Assembly: GCA_000708835.1 (NCBI GenBank)
Contig: DF237629.1
Location: 1 to 44,450 of the forward strand
Source of the DNA: Klebsormidium nitens
Taxonomy: Eukaryota > Plantae > Klebsormidiophyceae
DNA: 44,450 bases
Direction: 5' to 3'
The notes under the pieces were generated by a model, which did no database searches, was not told the origin of the DNA, and worked only from the letters and a program-made list of their open reading frames with translations. Below are positions 13,601 to 23,200 of the stretch, piece after piece. The stretch's first letter is position 1. Each line of letters opens with the position of its first letter. The translations under genes and the position numbers were made by a program.

Positions 13601-15654
13601 TTGCAGCGAGTGCCCGTCACCGAGAAGAGCGGCCGCCTTCACACCAGCGCGATCTCGGTTGCCGTTCTGCCGGAAGCCAGCGAGGTACGTCAACCGTGCA
13701 ATTCAGCAGCACGTCCTTGACTCTGCGTAATGTGCTTGCCCTATTATGGGCTCGCATCAGAGAAGATTCGTGAACGCGTCTACGACCCTCAGCAGGGCTT
13801 CGAAGTTGCTGACCATATTCCGTCGCGTAATGCCCCGTTGAATCTGTCTGGTGCTTTAATGGATGGCGGCCAGAAAAAGTCACCCTTGCCCACTCCTGAT
13901 GCGGCGAAGCTATGCGCATGTGTACACAACGTTATCAGGTCTTGATTCGTTCCGTGCTGATGTACTGCTCTGTAAGTCGCGGACTCCCTAAAGCATCGAG
14001 TGAGTCAGTCTGCGGTCCCTGCAACGGCGTTTTTACAACTCGTCATTCATGGCAGTTCCGAAACTTCCCAATAGACTGGTGATTCCAATATAATGCGGGG
14101 TAGAATCCGACTTCCCAGTAGACTGGTGATTCCTGATAGATCGTGATTAACGGACGATCTATTCACTGGCTTTCTATCCTCAGGTAGACGTGCAAGTCCG
14201 TGACGAGGACCTGCGCATTGACACATACCGCAGCGGCGGCGCGGGCGGCCAGAGCGTCAACACGACGAGCAGCGCGGTGCGGGTGACGCACGTGCCGTCT
14301 GGGGTAGTGGTCGCGATCCAGGACGAGCGGTCACAACACAAGGTTCGCCCACCCCGCTCTTCTAACTTTTGTCGCACAGTCAATGCGCACTCGTGCGCCG
14401 CTATTGAAGTTGCGAGGACAAACAGTTGCGGGTCAAGGCCAGCCCATCCCGCCTGCGAAAGAGCTCTTGTATAAAAGATAAAGCGCAGTCATTCGTCGCT
14501 TTTGGGATAGCTTTTCAGAGAAATAACCGCAGCGCAAGGTTCGCCCACCCGCTCTTGCAGTTTCTCGTTTCTTGAAGTCGGCGTAAAGTCGTCCGTCGCT
14601 TTTAGTGTTGCGAAGTCAAATAGTTGCAGCACAAGCTCCGCCCACAATGTCTCCCTTCTGAATTTCAGGAAGTCAGGCAGAAACCTCTGCTTACTGTGGA
14701 TGTCCATACGGTGTTTGCAACGAACCCTGCGTATTATTGTGTGTCGTGCTGTCTACCACTCGAAAATAGAGTTTCCTCGCAATCTCCTGATGGTGCTTAC
14801 CTGTGCCTGGGGGCAAACGACGCCAGGGAAACGAGCGCGAGTCGGTTGCACTTTTGCGACCAATTGGTCGTAAATTGGTCGGAGCTCTTGCTGAGCTTTT
14901 GCTGCGACACTCGGTCTTGTGTGCCCTGCGATGCGAAGCATGGAAGGCTAAGCAGGTCTATTCCGTGGCCTTCAGTGCGTATTATTACTAAGTGCGAAAT
15001 CGCTGCTTAAAAACCTTGTTTCAGGATCTGGTCGTCGTTTTCTAGTTTCGAAGCATTGCGCTGAATCTCCAACTGCTCTTCCTGTTTCCTCCCAGAACAA
15101 GGCAAAGGCCTTGAAGGTCCTCCGGGCCCGGCTCTACGACATGGAACGTCAAAAGCTGGCGGCGTCGCGGTCCGAGCAGCGGTCAGAACAGGTAAGAGCA
15201 AGCACTTTGGTTTTTTGCTCATACACAGTGGAGTCGAACTTACAGATGGTGCACGACTATAGATGCTAATTGCTCAAGGAGCGCCGTCGCGAAGCCATTC
15301 AGCACGTCTTTACGCCGTTCGGATCCAGCAGTATAATCTCATCTGCAACCTGTCCACACATCTCACGTTGCGCTGACAACACCGAACATCGCAGAAAACG
15401 CCCGGAGAGAAACATTTGAACGAACCTTCTCCGCTTTGCAGATCGGCAGCGGGGATAGATCTGAGCGAATACGGACGTACAACTTTCCGCAAGGGAGGGT
15501 GACGGATCACCGAGTAGGCATCACGCAGCATAGTCTGGAAAGAGTGCTAGCAACGGGCGAGTTGGACGATTTTGTTGAAGCGCTGATTCAGAAACAGCGG
15601 CAAGATGCGATCGCTGCGCTCATACGGACGAAGCAAGCAAGCATGAGGCATTAA
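10692..15654 (+). CDS. prfA: Peptide chain release factor 1, probably mitochondrial
   Basis: Well-supported exons: 12067-12250, 12720-12847, 13095-13169, 13607-13684, 14184-14342, 15096-15191, 15442-15654. Motifs: [37 protein letters not shown] (PxT = RF1 specificity), RSGGAGGQ (GGQ), [24 protein letters not shown]. The long Arg/Ser-rich N-terminal exon from 10692 looks like a presequence. Exons between about 11130 and 12066 are not resolved. Confidence 0.93.
14063..14133. repeat. Two-copy 24-bp direct repeat (47-bp period) in an RF1 intron
   Basis: acttcccaatagactggtgattcc (14063-14086) and acttcccagtagactggtgattcc (14110-14133), one mismatch. Confidence 0.9.
14339..14556 (+). repeat. Duplicated 5' splice-site region of the RF1 GGQ exon
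   Basis: caag|gttcgcccaccccgctctt (14339-14361) is repeated as caag|gttcgcccacccgctctt (14535-14556); period 196 bp. Confidence 0.85.
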
Positions 15655-16661
15655 GCGCAATGATCCCCTCGCCTGCCAATGCACAGCCTCTCAGTTTATG
15701 GATTTGAACCAAAAGCGTATGGAAAGGCGTTGTGTTCCAGATTCGCAGCCTTGCTAGACTGCAGGACGACTTAGTTACGCCTTAGCTCAGTTCCGAGTTC
15801 AAGGCTTTGCAGGTTAATGGAGCTACACATGCTGCTGCATGTGCCAGCTTGCCAGTTGCTGGCAATACACAAGTATTTAGTGCAATAATTCCACTTACAC
15901 ATGATGATCGCACTGCATATACGCAGCATGATGACGGTCGTTGCGCGCGGGCCGGCGAACGGCGACTGATGCCGTCAGACGCCCGAATTGCATCCAAACA
16001 TGTGGGGATATGTTGGAGCTATTTTTTCGATGCATATCACTTGCTGGCACATGTGCACTAGAACTGTCATGTACATTTCCTCTCTGGATGCTGAGATTCT
16101 AATATGGCTGGCCGGTGAGTTTCCCCGTGCGGCATGCGCATAAGTCTCATACGATCATGTGCAACTGCCAGATCTTGCGCGCTACTCGAATGTCGAGAGG
16201 TCGCGGCCTCTGGCCATACCATTCGTGCTTAGAAGCACGTTACATTCTGTAAGCGTACGTGGCCCTGTAGGAACATGCCGGCAAGCACATCGTGAAGGTG
16301 TATGACATGTGGAAGCACTTTGTGATTGAACGGTGTAAGGCACCATGCCTTGCAGTTTTAATTCGGGCCTGCGGCTGCAATTCGTGCCACGGCCGGAACA
16401 GGGCCGCGGATGCACTGATCACAATCACAGCACGGATCCAGCAAACTTGCGGTTCAAATGAGTCGGCAGAATTCAAGATCTCGAGCAAGAATGTTTAATC
16501 CCAGCAAGAGCAATATACGGTAGTCAAAGTATGGTACGGTAAGGGGCTAACTAATTGTCAACTATCGGATGGGGGGATCAATGATGCTCCACAGCGCATA
16601 CAAGTGGAAGAAATGCAGTGGCCCTAGTTTGCCAGATACGAGAGTGACGAATGCATTGAAT

Positions 16662-19600
16662 TCAGTCACTTCTGATCGGCAGGCCGAGGTCAGCCTGTCC
16701 ACGAGGAGAGGCCACGGGGTCGGAGTCGGCAGCAGACGTCAGTGGTGCGCTCGGAGTGGCTACGTTAGGCGCTGGTACTGGTGCTTTGCTTCCATCAAGC
16801 TGCAGTCAGAAAACGGAATGTCCTAACCGGCAGCTTTGAAAGGGTGCAAGCAGAATTTGAGAAAAGCCAGTCTGACCGTTGTCTTTGCGTCCTGCTTGAG
16901 CCACAGGATATGGACTCCCGTGCACCGGGGGAAAATTATGACAGTTCCTGGTCGAAACTTTGCAGTGACCGCTCCCAGAGGTGTTCCAGAGACGAACCTC
17001 AACAGACCAACAACTTTGATTGAAGAGGGAACCCAAGAAAAACCTCGACGAAGTGATTCTTTCGTGGGTGCCAGATTGTCAGAGTACGAGGAAGCCAAGT
17101 TATCATCTTTGACTATGTATAAAGCCCCAGAGGTGGTTTCTTCGGCTTGCAGCACACACTGAGTAGACCCCAACGAGAAGCTCACCGCTGCGGGTGCGTC
17201 GAAGGGCTGGACTGCATCTCTGTCAACGGCTGCGCCTGGCAGCGGCGCGACTGAAACAACTTGGTTGACCTTGTTCCGTTCTGCACGCAAAACGTTTCGT
17301 ATCAGCGCATCATCGGAAGCAGCCCCGTCCGCGACCGGTTTTACTAAAAGCACAGGCAATCCGACAAGTGTTTCAAAGACTACTTGCGCTGCTCATAAAG
17401 GGCGGTATTGTTCCATCGGAGCCATCCGCCACCAACGTGCGAGTGTCTAAGCAGACAGATCTCATTTTGCGGCCTTCGTTTCACTTGCACTTGACTCTTA
17501 TATTGCAAGGAAGTCTGGCGGACGGCAGGTGCTTTAACGGGGCAATGGATTCCTCCAAAAGGCAAATGCGCATTCAATCAGCGAGGCTGAGGGGCACGCA
17601 CTTCGGCGGTGATGAACGAAGAATCCTGCCGCGACTGCGACGAGGAGAAGAAGGCCCCCGCCTCCAGCCGCGGCCGCGTAGATAACGATCCCCGCGCCGC
17701 TGGTGCTTCCCGCCTGTGCCGGTCTGACAGCCAGCATGAAGGCTTCGCTGTTGGACGAGCCAGCCGTGTCCGTTGCCGTGACAAGAATATACGTGGTTCC
17801 GCTCTGGCCGGGTGCTGGGTTCGCTTGAACGCCGTAGGCAGTGCCGTCAAAAGTGACGAGAACATTGCTGCTCGGGACGAGCGTGCTGTTCGACGCCGAT
17901 GCCGAAACGGACACGCCCAGCTTGCCCGACGTCGTGACCGTGAAGCTCTGCTTCGGCATCGGCTGCCCCTGGTCCACGGTGACGTCAGCCAAGGAGCCGA
18001 TCGCCGGGGGGACGGCGCTCCGCCGGTCGTGGATGACGTCACCTGGGGCCAGGGTGACGACCGCCACGTCGGCCGCGAGCGCCGCCTGCACCGCCAGGCC
18101 GCCCGCTCGGAGCTGCGCGTCCACGGCGCCGGACGCAACCGCGCTCCTGACGCTCTGCGCGAACGCGGCCGCGATCACGCTGACGTCAGCCGGCACGCCA
18201 CCTCGATCCCGACCGTGACCTGCGGGCCTGAGGCGGCGTCCAGGAGTCTCCGCCGGAACGAGGCTTGGAGAGGAACCCCGTCCAAAGATAGAAGCGCGAC
18301 GGATAGGACCGGCACACCGAGCGCGCGCGCGGTGCCAATGCGGAAGATGCTCTGCTTCTGCGCGGTGAAGGTCGCAGAGCTCTCCCCGGAGACGGAGAGG
18401 CTCGTTTGGACGCTCTGGGTTGACGCTGCGGAAATGAGCGGCATCGATTAGCTGAGACTGGAGCGTTGAACATCTTTGGGACCGGACGTGATCAAGGCAG
18501 GCAGCGGAACGGTTTGACAAGTTGAGAGAGAAACCCGAAAAAGTGCCCAGTCGCCAAACGCAGAAAGCTGCGCTCCAGCATTTCTGCTGTGTAGGAGGGA
18601 TCCCGAATCATCCCGTTGCATTGCAATGCTCACGCACGTCTACTCTGGCTTGACTTTTTGGTGTGACGTTTTGGAAAGAACCGCTTTTACTTCAGAACAC
18701 TAGGGAAACTGTCAAAGCATACCTGGCGGAAGTGTCGCAGTCGGTGTCGGTGTCGAGCTTGGTGCTGGCACTTTGGTTGAAACCGGCGGCTTAGCTGCGA
18801 GACAACCAGGCCGATTCGATTTTTTTCAAAAGATGACTCGAGTTCTTGATAAAAACGATTTGCAGACGGTAAGACCATCATACGATTTTCAAGCGTTCTT
18901 CAAGAAATATTGAGAGAGCAGAAGCTCGAAAAGCCTGAGCTTTAGGTGAGCTTTCAAGATCGAAAGAGGACGTGACGTGCAGACGAGGACCCTCCCTTAT
19001 GCCCATCTTGTCAAGCCTGACCGCTTGGCCAGACTTTTATCGGAGGCGACTAAAGAATCTGGATTCACCAAAGCAAGCCTCGCCAGCCAGAGGCTCATTT
19101 TGCGCTATCAGCAATAATGGAAAGGGTCGAGCCAGCCACGTTTGACGAAGGCGATGCAAGTACTTTGATTGTGATAAGAAATACAACGAGACCCAATTCT
19201 GGCATCAAGCAAAGCAGAGTTTCAACCTAGTTGTAGTCCTTCTGTCTGACTCAGCAAGCTTCGAGTGTAGAAAAGCTGTCGTATAAGCTGATTCCTTGAA
19301 GACTTACTTTGCGGAAGAGGCGGTAGAGACTGGAGTCGGGACAGGGCAGGAAAGGCAATAACAATCTGCAAATAGAAGCAAGGAAAGCCCAAGGCTTAGT
19401 GATGCAAGGCTTTGGTATTTAAATCCATTATTCGCACGCGACTCAGCGGTATTTCTTAGAAACAGCAAGTAAGACTAAAAGAACACATTGAAAGCATCTA
19501 TGCAAATGAAGTCATCCTAGAAGAAAGACGACCGATGCACAGATAGTTTTAATTCGATATTGATTGACTGACTGCCGACTCTGATTGTGACGAGAGAAGC

Positions 19601-20065
19601 GAAACGCGTTGCTCCACCTAAGAGACAAAGAGGACAGGAACACTCACTGTACATCAGAGTCACCGGGGGCTTTTCCACCCACTTCATCAGCCACGGCCCC
19701 CACATAGCGTCGGAATGCCAAGGCTGTCCGTCTGATGTGAAAGTGGCCGTGATGTCGGATGCCAGGTGGTACTGCGCTGTCAACCGCAGCGGAAGCACGC
19801 CCGTCTGAAGATTCAGCCGCGTATCGTGACCCTGATTGCACAAGCCGTTTGTGGAGGGGACAGATTTTAAATCGATCGGCGGCGGCGTTTGGAATGGTCC
19901 GAGCGTGTGCACCGAGAGACCCTGTGTGATGTACGGCTCCAAACGGACGGAAGCGGAAACGGAACCGCTGGTGAGGTTGCCGAGGCTGGCCCAGCAGCCG
20001 ATGGTTAGAACGGGTGCAAACCCAAGGGTTATCTGCGCGCTAGCGCTCGGGCCCTGGAGGATGGG
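16662..20065 (-). CDS. Type-I membrane/surface protein: N-terminal domain, Pro/Thr linker, RRLL-containing domain, cadherin/Ig-like domain, TM helix, cytoplasmic tail; 5' end unresolved; frameshifted as assembled
   Basis: Exons (minus): 20065-19648, 18794-18723, 18425-17602, 17343-17186, 16799-16662, phases consistent. Ig-like segment: PPAIGSLADVTVDQGQPMPKQSFTV...SASASNSTLVPSSNVLVTFDG...PAPGQSGTTYILVTATDTAGSSNSEAFMLAVRP. TM: IVIYAAAAGGGGLLLLVAVAAGFFV followed by HHRR. The frame switches at about 18198. Confidence 0.75.
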
Positions 20066-22341
20066 CTGGTGCATGTTGCGATAAACAAAAAAACGACCAT
20101 GTAACAAAATTTCGGGTTGGAATGATGGGTAGGCGGGTGGAACCAACGGTAGAGATGGTTGCAGGCCCGCGAGGCGTACGGCAGCCGTCAATTGCTCAAT
20201 CCAAAATCGTATGATGACTAGCTGGTGATGCGAGCCCAGATTGCACTTCGACCAAACCAAGTGCACCTAAGGAAGCCGAAGAATGGTCCAACAGATCAAC
20301 TTTTTGGGTCGTGCCAATTCGCCTTGTGATATCCCTACCGATGCAGTACTAGTGTTGGATAGGGCTTGCAATTGCCGTCTGTTTCTCTAGGTTTTTTTCG
20401 CAGAATTTGCATATTATCTCCAAATGCCCGTGTCCCATCCGAAGAAAACCACGAATCCTCACATACAGCCTACCGAGTAGTACATACATGACACCCTTAC
20501 AAAGTACCTAATTACCAGGACCAATGGATCCGGAAGCATCAATTGCAATGAGCTTTCAGGGTCGCAGTACTCAGGTACAGGCTGTGTACTAGGGCCAAGT
20601 CCCAGCGGCCTATCCTAGCCTAGGGCATGTGCAGTGAGGACAACCTTATGATTGTGCCGCTGCGGCCTCGCATAACTAGGTACCGGGTATACGGTATATG
20701 CCAACTCAATACTTGCTTCGATGGAAGCTCGTTCGAAGTTTGTGATGGGCATTCTTTGAGACAGGAGGTTTGGCACTTCGTCTCCGTCATGCCTGGCCCT
20801 GCATCCTCTCTTCGATTGAAGAGCTTTGCAGGCCTGCCTGATGTCGAGATTTGTGGCAGATGTGTGACGCCTCCCTGTATAAAACAGCGTGGCTGACAGG
20901 GATGAAGTCACAATCAAGCCAGGTTGCAAGTCCATCCTTGTCCTCTCATATGTCGGCATGAGACTCCGTGCTGCATCCTGAGTCCTGATCATGGCATGTT
21001 TTCACTTATTTCATGCTGAAAGCACATGGGATAAGATGATTGCTTGATGGATGGGTCATCAAAGAGAGTCCTTCTCATGTGCTTTGAGTTATGATAGATC
21101 CTTTTAGTACTATTGAAGAGGTAGATGAAAAGTCTACTCTGTTTATATGCCTAAAATGATTACATGTCCCTGGCTGAGAGTATGTCCTTTTTGTCAATCT
21201 AAAGCTCAGCTTTGGGATGGACCCGCGACTACTGCCTATAGAGCTTTGATCTACTTGTATGGATTTGGGCCAGGCCTGGGGGACAGATGCATTGATGAGA
21301 TGCAAGCAAGAAAGGGAGACCACCTTAGACAATTTGAACAAGCAATTCATGCAACTTTGCCTGCAGCTTTCATGGCAGCATAGTTGATCCAAATAACTGG
21401 AGACGTCATACCTGAACATGGAAAGCAATGAAGTGTGGTCAGTTCCGGGTCTTCTTCTGGTCTTCTGTAGATGTTGCACAAGAGAGTGGGAGGGGGAGAA
21501 AGGAGCAGAGATATCAACGAAACAAAAGATTCCCCCAGGCCTGGTTTCCTTCGGTTCGGCGTCCTTGCTTCTCAAACTTTTCTGATGAAGGATTTTGTCT
21601 GACTGACTCTCCCGTCCTTTCGGAGATTGAATTCCACCGGAGTCCAATGATCAGTACAGGCCGGATTTGGTCAGCTGTTAATCACATGAACCTACTGTGT
21701 CCAACCGAGCACTCTTGCCAAGTCCAAATCCCCCGCTTTTGCTGATTCCCCGACTGCTTTGAGCGACGGAGGGTTTCAGGATAATCCATTTTGATTTTTG
21801 CCAAATGGCATCGACTCCGGAGTCCGAGCTTCTCTGGTTTGAGGATCATCGTAGCCCGGGGTTGCAGGATACTTTGCCAATTGGCATCGCCTCCGTCGTC
21901 TACGGCGTGTTACAAGGTCCCAGCAGCTCAGACAGCGACCACGGAAGTCGGGATCTGGGGAACAACGTCGCTGCCACAAATTACATCCAATCATTGCAAA
22001 GAGTCAGGAATGCACATAGTGTCGTGACTCGTGTGCACCGGTGACCGTACGCACTTGCCACTACCCCGGGCCTTTAGCACCAGAATTGCCTCGACGGACT
22101 TGGTGCGAAAAAGTCCGGAAATAGTTTTACCCCAGATGTGCCCCGTAATAGGGGGCGGTTAAGAGTATAAAGGTAGTCCTAACCCGGGTTTGCAAACTGG
22201 AAAAACGAATAAAATGAGGTTTCGCAAAACGCTGGTGCGAATTGTCCGTGCCACTACAGTACTCTGCGAAAGGCCGGAACAGTCACGCCGACGCCGACGC
22301 CGACTCGGACCACGGACTTGCTATAGCGACGGTGCTTTCAC

Positions 22342-22816
22342 NNNNNNNNNNNNNNNNNNNNNNNNNNNNNNNNNNNNNNNNNNNNNNNNNNNNNNNNNNN
22401 NNNNNNNNNNNNNNNNNNNNNNNNNNNNNNNNNNNNNNNNNNNNNNNNNNNNNNNNNNNNNNNNNNNNNNNNNNNNNNNNNNNNNNNNNNNNNNNNNNNN
22501 NNNNNNNNNNNNNNNNNNNNNNNNNNNNNNNNNNNNNNNNNNNNNNNNNNNNNNNNNNNNNNNNNNNNNNNNNNNNNNNNNNNNNNNNNNNNNNNNNNNN
22601 NNNNNNNNNNNNNNNNNNNNNNNNNNNNNNNNNNNNNNNNNNNNNNNNNNNNNNNNNNNNNNNNNNNNNNNNNNNNNNNNNNNNNNNNNNNNNNNNNNNN
22701 NNNNNNNNNNNNNNNNNNNNNNNNNNNNNNNNNNNNNNNNNNNNNNNNNNNNNNNNNNNNNNNNNNNNNNNNNNNNNNNNNNNNNNNNNNNNNNNNNNNN
22801 NNNNNNNNNNNNNNNT
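22342..22816. other. Assembly gap (475 N)
   Basis: Run of N from 22342 to 22816. Confidence 1.
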
Positions 22817-23200
22817 CTCGATCAGAGTCACGCACGACTCTGCACTCGCTGCGTGAGCTTTCCCAGCCTCAAGTTGTAGACCTGCACTTCGGAGTCCTCT
22901 TTCTCCTTGCCCCATGGGTAGGACCTAAGTCCTGAACCTTTGAATTTGGGTGGACTGGCAGACTGGAATGTAGATTCAAATCTGGCTGATGGAGCCCTCA
23001 GGAATTCGAGTGATTTGGTCAGCTTGCAGGTCTACCGATTTGAAGTTGAACGCTGCAGCAATATGATGCTTGCAGCTCATCCCTGATCTCCCGAGCCCAT
23101 TTAGGTGCTTCTTGTCTCCTAGAAGGTCTTAGAGGAGGTGAACTGCTGGGAAGATAGTGATCCAGATAGTCCGGCAGTCCTTGGGCTTTTAAGGTGCAAG

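Noticed and set aside
14063-14133. CRISPR-like repeat-spacer-repeat
   Set aside because: Only two units, inside a eukaryotic spliceosomal intron, with no cas genes.
17609-18451. 280-aa plus-strand ORF and other long overlapping ORFs
   Set aside because: Antisense shadows of a GC3-rich exon; splice sites and domain logic support the minus strand. The same applies to shadows over the LRR, PIG-B and PP2C exons.
21805-22044. Plus ORF with LQDTLPIGIASV and DLGNN, faintly LRR-like
   Set aside because: Spacing does not fit the 24-residue LRR period and there is no supporting splice structure.
22190-22915. Long ORFs in the supplied track spanning the gap
   Set aside because: Artefacts of translating N as X.
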